DNA of 63,104 bases, filler included, from Collodictyon triciliatum (Eukaryota): the NCBI GenBank assembly GCA_043381765.1. It is 14 parts of 14 records of this genome, joined end to end, with 100 filler letters (N's around TTAATTAATTAA, not from the genome) between each part and the next. Parts side by side here need not be neighbours in the genome. Positions count along the whole stretch, not along the records: positions 9,431 to 14,042 come from JBHJMP010005918.1; positions 14,143 to 18,756 come from JBHJMP010005919.1; positions 18,857 to 23,468 come from JBHJMP010005920.1; positions 23,569 to 28,177 come from JBHJMP010005921.1; positions 28,278 to 32,886 come from JBHJMP010005922.1; 9 more parts are not named here. One strand, 5' to 3'. Of the stretch, positions 11,594 to 28,402 are shown one piece after another. A program made the position numbers and the translations under genes. The notes under the pieces were generated by a model that saw nothing but the letters and a program-made list of their open reading frames with translations, had not been told where the DNA came from and ran no database searches. Each line of letters opens with the position of its first letter. The first letter of the stretch is position 1.

Positions 11594-13935
11594 TCTTGCA
11601 TGTTTCCTTTCTTTTCGAAATGATTCATTTATGTTTACTCTTCATAGATCAACAAAGCCAGGCAATTCTCGTCAGGTTCTCGAGACATACCTTGAAGACG
11701 CTATCATATATACATGAATAGAAATAAATCTGCACATTTAATGCCTAAGAAATCATTCGCATGCTCTGAAAAAAATAGCGGAGAAAGTGGTGCAGGAAAG
11801 ACTGAGTCGTGCAAATACATCATGAAATACATTGGAGACCGAGCAAGTGGAGGGAAGGTAAATATTGTGCTGCAAAACATTGATCAAATAATACTGTTAG
11901 TAATATCTAATAAAAAATAAACAAAAGCAACCCCCACATACCTACAGAATGTACATCTATACAAAGCCGAGTGAAAAGATATGCATGCCTCATAATTTTC
12001 AAACTTTTTGATTTTTAACCAAGTTAAATATTAGGCGACCGATATTGCCGAGCGAATTATGCAGTCTAATCCCATACTCGAAGCGTTTGGAAACGCTAAA
12101 ACATCACTCAACAACAACTCAAGTAGATTTGGCAAGGCAAGATTCGCCAATTATAATTTTTTTTTTTAAAAAAAATTCATGAACCTAATTTCCTCATATA
12201 TTTTGACTTGTGCTTATGTTTACCTCTATTAGATGCTAATTATATATTAATCGATGTTTATGACCTTTCAATAAATCTCCAAACAGTTTGTAAAGATCTT
12301 GTTCGATTCAAAACACGCAGTACTTGGGGCGACAATTGAAACATGTTTGGCAATTATTCCTTTTTTTTTTCGCTTCAGTTTTTCGTTAATTTAGTTATTG
12401 GGTACTTATATATATACACATATAATTACATATACACACGTATGCATACATACACGAGTACAAAAGAAGAATAAACCACTAACTTATTTTTTCTCTGGCA
12501 AATGGGAACTCAGACCTTTTGGAAAAGGTTTGTTGTTCACTTTCACTTTGTTAATTAGATACACAGAACGACATACTATTCAACTTACTTTCAATTCAGC
12601 GTTTGATTTTTTTTATGAAATGCCTTATTATACTTTTGCTAGTCCCGTGTGGTATCTCAAGCGAAAACAGACAGGAATTACCATATATTTTACCAACTGC
12701 TATCCTGCACGGATGAATACATTATTCGTGAGATTATTCTAGCATACCGTTTTGTTTATCTTTTCCACTATTTCGAATATTCCTAGAGGTACAGTAATAT
12801 TATAAAATCTCTAATTTCATGGTATAATTATTCTTGAAAGGTGATGCCAAACTGCGAGAACCCTCATTTTACCGTTATTTGGTTTCTGAAGATCACTTCG
12901 TTGACGATGTCGACGATGCTGAAGAGTTTAAAATCACACAGGTCTAACCTCATGGTTGTCTACGAGGAATATCATATTTGCACATGATTACTCTGAATCT
13001 GTTACCGTGTACGATATCCTCAAACTGGAATATTATATTATTCTATGCAATTGTAGAATGCCATGAAGTCTATTGGAATGACCGAAGTAGAGCAAAAGTC
13101 CATTTTCCGGTTCCTTTCCGCGATCCTCTATCTAGGAAACATCCAATTCGAAGCTAATCGAGATGGAAATGCTATATTCAGTACCAAGCAAGGTCTTTTT
13201 ATCATACTTTTGAAAGAGGGAGGGGAAAACAACGGATAATTATCTACCTACGCGGCGCCATTTCTTTCTTTACACAAACTTAGCGCGAGATAGTTAAAAT
13301 ATTCATTCGCTGAAGTCGCTAATTTCAATTTATTGTAATATCTGCAGTAAATGGTCTTTCTTCCGAGGAGTGTTTGAGGTTTGTGTCCATATGGAGAAGT
13401 TGTTTGCATTTACATAAATAAAAAAAAGGGAAGGGATAAGCCAGAATCTAGATTATCAGACTCCTGAATTTACAACTCATTTTGCAGCTTCACATGCGAC
13501 CTCTTGCAAATTGACGAAGAGACTGTTAAATACGCGGTAGTATTTATCACTATGATAAACTGATATCTCTGGGATTTTCTTACCAACAATACCATCCCCA
13601 TTTCCTCCCTCTCCAACTGTTAGTTCCTCGGCCGTCGTATAGTCGTCAACCAGGTCGCAACCGAGAGGAAGTACACCGTCCTGCAAGTGCGTATAATTTT
13701 TGCGCCCAATTTTCTCATACGACCAATATTTATAATCATTAACAGAACCTTCAAACTACTCCGAAGCAATCACTTCTTCGGTACCGATAATTTCGCATTC
13801 TATATAGGCTGAAGAAAGTCGTGACTCCTTTGCAAAATACGTTTATTCTCGCGTCTTTGAATGGATCTTAGTCAAGATCAACGGGAGCCTTGAGCCACCA
13901 AAAAAGACGAAGCCCGTCAGTCAATTCATCGGACT
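10041..13935 (+). CDS. Myosin heavy chain, N-terminal SH3-like region and motor domain (partial)
   Basis: [47 protein letters not shown]-loop [72 protein letters not shown] possible upstream exon lies at ~9695-9749. Confidence 0.97.
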
Positions 13936-14157
13936 GTGAGCAAATACCTATACCTATACCTATACCTATACCTATACCTATACCTATACCTATACCTATA
14001 CCTATACCTATACCTATACCTATACCTATACCTATACCTATANNNNNNNNNNNNNNNNNNNNNNNNNNNNNNNNNNNNNNNNNNNNTTAATTAATTAANN
14101 NNNNNNNNNNNNNNNNNNNNNNNNNNNNNNNNNNNNNNNNNNACCTTTTATAAATAA

Positions 14158-14231
<74 letters not shown>

Positions 14232-14267
14232 GAATCCGGAGTCTAACATTGACTTAGCTCGATACAG

Positions 14268-14555
14268 AAGGGCGGATGGCTTTTTGGATAAATAAATACT
14301 ATGAAGATTGGAATGTGGACAAGAAAAGAGTGCATGAAGCTCTTGAAGCTGAGAAATCTTGGTCCTCTTCAGCCGAGTTCCAGACAGCCAAAGTCACTCA
14401 AGTTCCGTTTGTCAGACACAATGCCAAAGAGATAGATAACGTGCCCCTCTACCACCGATGAGTGGAAGTGCTTTGGTGATAAGTTCCCTTTGGAGTACAC
14501 TCCATTCCATACCCCAGTCACTGATACCGCCAAGGATTTTTCAATGAAAAAGTAA
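14268..14555 (+). CDS. 3' end of an unidentified gene
   Basis: Coding-like ORF (AFWINKYYEDWNVDKKRVHEALEAEK...) followed by a second frame ending DFSMKK*. The two are joined by a short intron or a frameshift. No family recognised. Confidence 0.3.
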
Positions 14556-14714
14556 AAAAAAAGATGCGTGACTTTGAGCATACAACGAGAAGAAAACGCT
14601 TCATTAAATAACCAGGAGAATAAGTAAATTTCTGTCATTGAGTGCAGTTGTAAATAAAAAAAAAGTGGCCGATTAAGAAAAAAAAGAAAATGAATCGATA
14701 TGATTATTCAACCA

Positions 14715-16320
14715 ACCGAAATCGTATTTGAAGATGTCTTTCAACATGGACTGTTATCTGCTCCCAAAATATACATCCTATTCCGCAATATGACGGCAGA
14801 ATGCTGCATGGATGCAAATGAATACGCAAAATAAAATACAAAATCAGAATGATAGTTCACAAGTATGATAAGAGAGTCCTCACATCATATATCTTTTTTT
14901 AAAAAAATGGAAGATAAACAAAAGCAAACGCCTCTTCGATTTGACGATTCATCTGTGGCGCTAAAGGTGACTCAACTCATGTTTCCGAATCTGACGAGGT
15001 TCAAGATAAAATTCATCGGCAGAGAATTCAAATTACCTCCTTTTTTGAAAAAAATAATACACTTTCTGCTCTGAATTATACTTCGTGAAAGGAGAGGCAG
15101 AGAGATTATTTAGAAACTACAGCATGATTATGTTATTTTCATGGCAAAATTGGGCAAATCGTACCTGCTTGAAACTCAGAAGTCATTTTTCATATCGACG
15201 TGCCATATCCACCAAAGAAAAATAAAAGTTTTATAAGCTATGCATGTGTCAAAACGACATGGACGAGGCGACGGTTCTTTCTTAGTACCTTTTCCAGACG
15301 CGTGTATCTGTAAAATGATGCAGACACTTTAAAATTGAGCGGAAAAGAGAGAACGTGTATCAGAAATTTTGTGCAGCATTTTCTTAGGAATTCGGTTTTC
15401 ATTATGAGGATTATTTCATGTAATTACGAAAATGATGGGATTCAGATTGCAGTGAAGAATTTTTCTTACCAAATGCAAAAGAATGAAAATCGCATGTGCA
15501 ACCAGCTCGGTGGTAAGGCTTCCAAAAACATACATTTGGTGGCCGATAATGGCTGATGGTTGCCTCCGCCTGTTTATAAACACTTTCAAAAGTTTTTATT
15601 GGGCTTTGTTGGAAGTGAGAAGAGGCTTCTAGATTGGCAGTTGAAATGAAAAAGAAGGGTAAGATGGGCTGAGCTGGCTGGTGGCATTTCTCCTGAAACC
15701 TTTTTCAACTCGCTGATTTCGTGTGATATTATAAACGCAAATGTCGTTCAATAGCTGCGATGACCGCAAAATGCCACCAAAGATGTGCGTCGAATCCTGG
15801 AACATAACAGCAGTGCGCGTTTGTGTGAATGTCGCGGAGCAGGTCTCTTCCCGCTTGGGTTTAACAGGGTCTGTTCCTTTTTATCTGAAATAATGAATGT
15901 CCAAAAAAATTAAATATATTACAAAGATTCCATCATTGAAATGTAAAATACAAGATACCACAATAAAAACAATAGAGAAAATAATAAAATAAGATACCAC
16001 GCAACAACATGAAAGCGCACCAACTCATTCAAGCGCGAGCCGCTTTATCCGCCGAAGACATATCTAACCTTTGCATGCACCAGCAGCGAGGCGATGTGGC
16101 GGGGCGAAAGCGTCAAAGCCGAGGCCACCGCAGCAGGCTTCCAACCCAGCACCACTTCCTGCATAAAAAAACACACACATACACACAATCGTCTTTTCGC
16201 ATTCTTCAAAAATACGTAGCGCTCCACAAAGCAGAATCTCGCTCGCTGCCTCAGTCTTTCCCGTCTGTGATTCCCGGTTGGCTTCGTCTCCCTCAATTGG
16301 TCGCACAATCAGCATTCAGC
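14715..16320 (-). pseudogene. Kelch-repeat protein pseudogene (possible BTB remnant)
   Basis: Degenerate Kelch blades: PRHIASLLVHAKVRYVFGG*SGSRLNELVRF; GKRPAPRHSH/TAVMFQDSTHIFGG..LLNDICVYN; SAIIGHQMYVFGS; PSPRPCRFDTCIAY/FFGGYG; QHSAVILRNRMYILG. Stops and frameshifts throughout. Confidence 0.75.
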
Positions 16321-16459
16321 ATGGAGAAAGGCTGAGAGAACACATTTCGCTCACATTTTTCTTTTTCGTGGCTTTTCCTTATCATTGGATTTATGGCCAA
16401 CTTCGATAAAGATTAAAAAGAGAAAATGGAAAAAGTGAGATAAAATCAACAGAGAAGCT

Positions 16460-18055
16460 GCAATGAGGTCAATGACTTGCGAGAGTTTGGGGATGCGAGT
16501 GAGAAGATTGTCGCCTTCCTGACAATTGACCGGTATTGCGCATTCTTGGAGTTCGGCCGAGTCGTTTTGATGACACCAGATACTTTGTCAATCTTGTGGC
16601 TGAATCGGCCCGATACAACAAACTGCGAGACTTCGCTGAGGATTGAGATGCAGAAGCAGGTAGGACAAAGTCAGAAGGGCTGATGAAATCAAACATAAAA
16701 TTAATAATAAAGTTAACACACTGCAAAGTCGCGCCAGAGGACTCAGCCACAGAGCCGAGGGTGACGCTGCAATAAAGCTCGAGTAATTACGTGCATGCGA
16801 TAATGCAATGTTCTTTGGTAGGAAAGCGGCGATGCGTAGCAAAGAACCGGTAGAGTTTGATTTGCTCCATGATTTCTATTGAATAATATAGCGGCACGAA
16901 GTCATTATCTGAATGAGCGTCTGATTTATGATGCAATCATGGGAGCTAGGTTACAGTATGATACAAACATGCGTGGTTGATTAGACTGAATCTACGGACC
17001 GAGAGCCCAGAGGCAGACTCCTTGGTTGCACTGGTGGAGCGACTTCATCATATCCTTTGCGTGTGTGATTTTGTAGACAACTTCGAGTACTTTAGGTGCG
17101 CAGATGAGCTGAAAAGTAAATTAAAACAAAAAAATCAACAAAGCACGCATGCAATTAAGTGCTGCGAAAAAAAAAAAAAAAAAAGGGGGCACATGGGATG
17201 TCGCAATACAAAGTAATAATTTGAGAAAAAAGAAAAGACAAGAGAAGATAAAAAAAGACGAGGGCGATAAGCTGTGTGTGATTATCGTGGCGCAACCTTC
17301 TGCAGAACTACACAGTCCTTGGCAACTGCATCAAGCATGATTGTGTAAAGAAAATAAACTGCGTGTGGCTGCATCGTTTGTAGGATGTGAATATGGCCAG
17401 CGTGCCCAGGAAGAGAGTCGCTGCTATCCTGAGGTCCGATGGAAATAAAATATGCGTCTTAGTAAGCCTTCATATGATTGTATCTTTTCAGTCTCCCTCT
17501 TCATCTACCATGCTGTTTTCAAATACGTATTTATTTACATTTCTTTACAAATTTTATGAAAAAACTAATCTTTAAAGGAAATCTAAAATATCATAGGATG
17601 GTATTATCATACAATTCAGCTTGACTGCCGTACGCCTGAATACAAGTAGGGGGATGCAGTGATGAAAGTGGCATATGTATGTGAGAATAATGCGGTTATG
17701 AATACGTACACTATGGCCTTTTCGATTTTGTGGGGGATTGTGCCAGCATCGTGAAAAAGAAGCCGATAATGATTTTGGTGAAGACAAGATCGAGTCTTTG
17801 CGCAACACTGACAATTTTTTCAGTAATCCTTCGTTATGCACTCAGAGCGTTCTCCTTGTCACCGATGGTCGCGTAGCGCACAGCTTTGGATAAGTATGCC
17901 TCGCGCAATTCCAACTCGCCCAGATACTCCTCCTCTTTGGTCTTGTCATCGACGCGCTGCGGCTCTGCTTCGTTCTTCGCTTTTTATGGGCCCGGAAAGT
18001 CTCGTTGCAGGCAGCTTAAGCTTTTTGCAAACGCAAACATAGAATGATGCCATTT
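16460..18055 (-). pseudogene. PSMD6: 26S proteasome lid subunit Rpn7/PSMD6 pseudogene (retains introns)
   Basis: MASFYVCVCKKL; KNEAEPQRVDDK..LGELELREAYLSKA..IGDKENALSA*RRITEKIVSVAQRLDLVF; AATLFLGTLAIFTSY; *LLELYCSVTLGSVAES; EVSQFVVSGRFSHKIDKVSGVIKTTRPNSKNAQYRSIVRK/GDNLLTRIPKLSQVID. Colinear with Rpn7 and carrying several stops and frameshifts. Confidence 0.9.
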
Positions 18056-18224
18056 CTGCAGTTTTTTAAGTTGATTTTGTGATTTGGCTTGCAAGGAAAA
18101 TACAGGTGATATTACAGGATGTGGGAGGAGGTAGTAGTGAAAGAGCTTAAAGAGAGAGCTAGACCTACTGTTCTTTTTTCTTTTTTTTTACCTAGTGGGT
18201 TTCATCTGGGAAGGATAATCGAAG

Positions 18225-18756
<532 letters not shown>

Positions 18757-18856
18757 NNNNNNNNNNNNNNNNNNNNNNNNNNNNNNNNNNNNNNNNNNNN
18801 TTAATTAATTAANNNNNNNNNNNNNNNNNNNNNNNNNNNNNNNNNNNNNNNNNNNN

Positions 18857-18945
<89 letters not shown>

Positions 18946-18962
18946 CTTTCAATTTGTGCAAG

Positions 18963-19322
18963 ATGATGGAGCTTTTGGATATGATTGATGTAAGAGATAT
19001 AACGATGCTAAAGTAAAGTTTATAAAGCTCTGCACAGAATTGAAAGGAAGAATAAAAAAAAATAAAAAGAAAGAAAGAAAGAAAGAAAGAAAAATTGAAC
19101 GAGTGCATTTTTCACATAGAAAATTATAATGTAGTAGATGACAGAGCAACCGCGTGATGTCATAGATGTATATCGCACAGTACGTACCTGACCGTCGGGT
19201 ACTTTTGGGTGCCCGAGGATGCAACAGACAAATGAGGAGTAGTTATCAGCCTCAGCCTCGTCAAAAAACAGGTGTACCATTTGGGCCGCACGGAAGTGAT
19301 TGTCACGAAGGAAACGAAATGA
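18963..19322 (+). CDS. 3' exons of an unidentified gene (weak LOG-family-like C-terminus)
   Basis: GT-AG splicing gives MMELLDMID|MTEQPRDVIDVYRT|VYHLGRTEVIVTKETK*. The family assignment is speculative. Confidence 0.3.
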
Positions 19323-19929
19323 AACCAACGCAGTTCGCAGTCCTTGGTCCAGGAGAGAACAGAGGGGAAGGAACGAAGTACCCCACCAAGAGAATAAAAA
19401 TATATGGGCAAAAGAGAGCCGGGGAGAGAAGAAGAGAAAAAAAAAACTCGCATAGTTACACAGGTTCTCCAAAAGGCTATAGAATAGTATTTTGAAACCC
19501 TTGCTCTTTGATAAGGTTTCGATGAAGACGATGAAGATGGAAATATTACCGCAGTCAAACATGAGATCGAAGCCGTCGCTCCGGCAGACTGTTAGGCTTT
19601 TGCTCATCTTTTGAGAATGGCTGGTTCTCTATCTTTGTTCTGCTGCCGTAAAATATACTTCCACCGAAATAATACATGTTTTAATGACTAGTTCCATATT
19701 AGTTTCTACTTGCGTTTTATTATTATTATTATTACTATTATTATTTCCTTTTCTTCACTTTTGGCTCTTCTACTGATTCTTCAGACTTTTTCGGTTAATT
19801 ATCTCATTGATTTTTTTAATTTATTGATTTTATACACTTTATTGGTATGTTTAGTATATTGATTTTGATGATTGGTGTTATCTCCTATGTATTTTCTTGA
19901 TTGATTCTTTTATTTATTTATTTATTTAT

Positions 19930-23191
<3,262 letters not shown>

Positions 23192-23884
23192 TCTGCGTCT
23201 CCGGTCCTGTTTTCCGTCTGCTCTCTGGATTGCTGTGACTTTATATATATATATATATATTTTACCTTGTGATTTTTCCGTTCATAACGCATCTTTGTCT
23301 TTTTCTTCTTCCTCTTTTCTTTTCTTTTCTTTTTTTTTTTTTGTTTTTCTTACTTTTTCACACTCACATCAAGATGCCAAGAAGGAAAAAAAAAAAAAAA
23401 AAGTAAATATTTTTTTAAAAAAAAAATAAGGGTATATCTGTAAAAGGTATTATTTTTTTTTTTTTTACNNNNNNNNNNNNNNNNNNNNNNNNNNNNNNNN
23501 NNNNNNNNNNNNTTAATTAATTAANNNNNNNNNNNNNNNNNNNNNNNNNNNNNNNNNNNNNNNNNNNNTTTTTTATGTTTTTTATGTTTTTTATGTTTTT
23601 TATGTTTTTTATGTTTTTTATGTTTTTTATGTTTTTTATGTTTTTTATGTTTTTATGTTTTTATGTTTTTATGTTTTTATGTTTTTATGTTTTTATGTTT
23701 TTATGTTTTTTTTAGTGATTCGTCTGTTGAGGATAAAAAAAATATGTTTTTAGTGTTTTTTGGTGCCCCTGTGTCTTGCTCTCTGAGATGCCCACAGGCA
23801 TTTTTGGCTCTGATTCCACCTTGCCGAACAGGCACAAGTCCACTGCAAAGAGAGGGAAAAGGCAAACACCAAAGAGCCCGCGTC

Positions 23885-26800
23885 ATGTCCCAACTCTATC
23901 TCGAGTCCGGCTCTGTCGTCTCTCGCGTGCTGCACCAACGCGGGTCGTTGAAGCAGCTCGTTCTTTCGCCACAGTCACGTGTGCCCCAGTCACTCCGCAG
24001 AGCTGTTTACGCACTCGCGGCCCAAACGCTGCGCTATGCCGATCCAATCACACGAGTCTTGCACGAAAGCGGAGTGGGCGACCTTGTCAAGCAGGTGGAC
24101 TCTCGTCTCGCCAAACCCTGTTGGTCGCTTCTTCTTCTTCTTCTTCTTCTTCTTCTTCTTCTTCTTCTTCTTCTTCTTCTTCTTCTTCTTCTTCTTCTTC
24201 TTCTTCTTCTTCTTCTTCCTTGTTTTTCTTTATATTTCTCTTCTTCCTTTTAATCGCCACTCAAACACTGCCTATTGAGCTGACGCGTTTGTTGATGCTA
24301 GCAAATCCATGAGCATAGCGCGAGCCACGATCACACAGCCATGGCCATGTGCTATGATTTGGTTTTTGGCTGTGGCAGAATCCGTGGAGGTGGTGCTCTC
24401 AAAAAAATTCTGTGGGAGAGCAAAGACAAGCTCAAGGAGACCGCAGAGCGCCTCTGCAAAGTGAGCAAAGTCAAAACTCCTCGCCAGTTGATTCCGGAGG
24501 AGCTTCGCGCACAGAGTATGTTTTCTACCGTCTAATTTTTTTTTATTCTTCCTTTCAGTTTTGTGCTATTTCCACCGTCTAAATATTATTATTGCGGATC
24601 TAACAAAATCTCTTACAAAAGAAAAAAAAGAGCCCTCCTTTTCTTTTCTTTTTTTCTATCATCGTTGTGAATCATCCCAATCTGCGCAGATGGAAACGTG
24701 TTATCAGAAATCATTTGAATTGGTGGCTTCTTTATATATATATATATATCATAGCTTTTTTTTTTGAATGAGTAGGGGCTTGAACTTCGATTAATTCTGA
24801 GAAGTATTATGTATGCTTGTATTTAATTCGGTTCGCTTACATTTTGCGATGTAGGTAAGCTTCCTAGATATGCGAGAGTCAATACGATTGCGATTACTTT
24901 GGAAGACGTAAGAGGAAGAAAGAAAGAAAAACAATCATCAAATATGAAGGAAATTGATATATTCCTTGCTTTCAATTACTAAAAAAATTTAAAAATTTTT
25001 TAAAAAAAAAGGCGATCAGCTATTTTCATGGAGAAGGATATGAACTTGTGCAGGATGTTGCCCAGGTCATTCAGTCATCTTCAGATATGAAGTGTGTCTT
25101 CTTTCAAGAAATTTTGGAGATTTTTTCCCTTTATTCGATTCCAAGTGGAGATATATTGAGAGATGTTATAATACGCAATCCAAAAATATGGCAGAGTTTT
25201 TTTACGAAGTTGATGAAATTCTATCCGAATCTCCTATTGTATATTACTGTAAACGAATATGTAAATAGAAAAATTATTTACCCATTTTTATCCCTTAGGA
25301 CATTCTGTAAGGATTTACATGTACCTAATTTGCTTGTATTTCCTTCATCCGTCGAATTTCATGATCATCCATTTGTTAAGGAGGGCAAAATCATTCTCCA
25401 GGTAGAGCTGCTAAAAATATGTTTGTTAAAGTACTTCTGCTAAATTTATAATGTCGTTTAAAGGATAAAGCCAGTTGCTTCTCCGCAGTTGTACTAAATC
25501 CTCGGGAAGGTTCTCATGTCATAGGTTTAGCACATCGCTTACTTGTGTGTCGTTTCTTCAATTTTATACTTGAGCGTTATCGGGAAGTCATAGCGCAACG
25601 TATATATGTAAACCACATTTTTTTTTCTCGGCACAACTCTACTTAATTATATTCTCTCTTGCAAACTTGGATTTTCAGACGGATGTGCTGCTCCTGGAAA
25701 TAAGACGACTCACTTAGCATCGATTATGAAAAACAAAGGAAAAGTTACTGCCTTTGAAATCGATGGAAAAAGATTCAAGACTTTACAATTTATGTCCAAT
25801 AAGGCTGGTGCAACATGTGTGTATAATTATTTGTTCAGATACCTTTTTTTTTCTAGTGATACCCATGCAAATAATACACTGCCTTATGTTTTGATGATGG
25901 TTATTCAAAGAATTAGATCATTTTGACGTGAAATCTAATTCACCGTATTATATGTATTTAATGCGACAAAGAGGTTATTTACTAAAAATGCATAGGCATT
26001 GACCCCAACCATGGTAGCTTTTTGGATGCCAATCCGCTTGACTCAAGATATGCCGATGTATTTTCTCGACAACATGAAACCTCATTTAAATGAATAATGA
26101 GATAATATGGAATTGAATATATGCTCATTGATAATTGTCAAAGATAATAACAATAACAATAATGAAACATTTAGTCTCTTATGTTTAAATCAATTATACT
26201 TGGAAAATATTGGTCAATTAAAACATCCCAATTAGGTGGAGGGGATTCTCTTAGATCCGTCTTGTTCTGGTTCTGGGATTGTTGACCGTCTGGAATCATC
26301 TTTAACCAGTATTGTTTATATAGCTATTGTTTTACTCGTGAATTTTTTAAATGAATAATGTGATGTGATGAGGAGGTAGATAAATATAATTTTTCCTCAG
26401 ACACGTCCAAGAGAGTCCTATTTTACATAATAAAAAAAAAATTCCCTTTATTCGATTCAAAGTTTTACATAATAAAAGTAAAAGGAACAAGGAAACAAAA
26501 GCGTAGCTCGTATATTTGGTTTTTTTTCTTATTATGATAACCATGATGGGGAAGTGGTTCATGAAGAACACTTTTGTGAATGACAAATTATTATGAAGTC
26601 ATGCTTTCCAAATTATTTATTGTTTAAACTATTTATGTCTTTAGAGAAATCTAAAGAGCAAGAGGCTACCAGGTTGAAGTCACTCAGTGATTTTCAAAAA
26701 TCAGTGATTATGCATGCTTTTCGATGTGAGTTGGTTATTAATTCCCCTTCTAATTTTCTTAATCTCCCTTCTTTTTTTTTCAAACAAGCCCCCCCCGACA

Positions 26801-27636
26801 ACTTATCATATCCACCCCGACTCACATATCATCCATTATTCTACCTGCCAGTTCCATCTGTTCAAACAGTTGTGTATTCCACATGCTCTGTCCACGATGA
26901 GGAAAATGAGGGAGTAGTGCAGTATTGTTTGAAACATCAGGTGGCTGGATTCTGCATCGCTTTTTATTTGTTTTATTGACTTCCCTCTCACACTTTCATA
27001 CATGAACTTTAGCACTCTTTTCGGCTGTTATATTCATGCATTTGAAGTGCACATTCTCATGCGCTGTGACCCAAATATTAAAAAAAAAAAATATCGATGA
27101 ATATGTTGATGCTCACACACCGCCATTACTTAAAGGACCGCTTTCGACTCGGCAACGCCTTTCCTCAGTGGCCCCGAAGAGGCAAAAATGTTATACCGCA
27201 AGGTAAAGAGACAAGTGCTTTCCGCAGTAATTCAAGATGATAGGAAGCTATCAACTCACCTTGCACGTTGCGGGGGGGGGGGGGATGAATTTTTTTTTCT
27301 TCGGTGCCTGATGGGGTGAGATTTTCATGTTTAGGTGAGTATTGCGTGCGAACAGACCCATCCCAAGACATGACAATAGGCTTTTTTGTTGCACGGTTTG
27401 AACGAGTGGGGACTGACAGCGGCGATTCGGTCCAGACACCGATGGATAAAGTGTTTCCCACAGAGGTACAGAAAGAAATCCTCAAAGAAGATTCCAGAAA
27501 GACCCCCCACTCGCAGCAGGACCGCCCGACCCTGAAATACGTCCCTGTTCAAAACACAGGAGGTGCAACAAAAAGCAAAAAGAAAGGCAGAAAGAGTCGC
27601 ATGAAAACGCCGATTGTCTCTGTCAAGTGGAGCTGA
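23885..27636 (+). CDS. NSUN5: rRNA cytosine-C5 methyltransferase NSUN5/Rcm1 (apparently complete)
   Basis: MSQLYLES..RGSLKQLV..VYALAAQTLRY; LPRYARVNT; KIILQDKASCF; DGCAAPGNKTTHLA; ILLDPSCSGSG; VVYSTCSVHDEENEGVV; QWPRRG; GFFVARFER. Confidence 0.95.
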
Positions 27637-28402
27637 GGAAATATTTAAGAGAATAAATAAGTAAAAGAAACTGCCCGAAGAAAGGTGTCTCGTGTCGAAT
27701 AAACACGAATAATGAAGTGTATTTTTTTCTACATATTTTAATTGGGGGTTTTTTTGGAAAAGAGAATCAGAAAGATGGGTAAAAGTGTACTAGGGAGTGC
27801 TCCTAAAGAGAGAATAAGCTTTACAGAGTTGGATACCCTTTAACAATTAAAATTCTTTTGTTGTCCCAACATCTCCACCATCCTGCACAAAATTGAAAGG
27901 AAGAATAAAAAAAAAATTCTTTTGTTGTCCTCTTTTTGGTTATTTTTTTGTTTTATTTCTTCTTTTCTTGGAGAAGGGGACTTATATCAAACCGCTGCTG
28001 TGAAATCAAGAAAATAACGCAATTGGGTGCAATATCGAAGGAAAAATTATTGCATGTAATCTACATAGTGTTAAGATTGAATGTATGTAGATGTCATCGC
28101 AATAGAATTATAATAGCAATAACAGTAACAGTAATCTGTTAAGGGTATCCTCTCCATTCAAAGAGGGCGGATATATGNNNNNNNNNNNNNNNNNNNNNNN
28201 NNNNNNNNNNNNNNNNNNNNNTTAATTAATTAANNNNNNNNNNNNNNNNNNNNNNNNNNNNNNNNNNNNNNNNNNNNAGAAAAAGAAAAAGAAAAAGAAA
28301 AAGAAAAAGAAAAAGAAAAAGAAAAAGAAAAAGAAAAAGAAAAAGAAAAAGAAAAAGAAAAAGAAAAAGAAAAAGAAAAAGAAAAAGAAAGGAGAAGAAT
28401 AC

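Noticed and set aside
16477-17216. Plus-strand ORFs at 16477 and 16977 that look protein-like
   Set aside because: They are antisense shadows of the Rpn7 pseudogene.
6455-18055. Alternative genetic code as the explanation for in-frame stops
   Set aside because: The same regions carry frameshifts and deletions, while the intact genes translate cleanly with the standard code.
27849-27930. 18-bp direct repeat AAAATTCTTTTGTTGTCC (also a 14-bp repeat at 910/942)
   Set aside because: These are two-copy local duplications in non-coding DNA with no element between them, and not an array.
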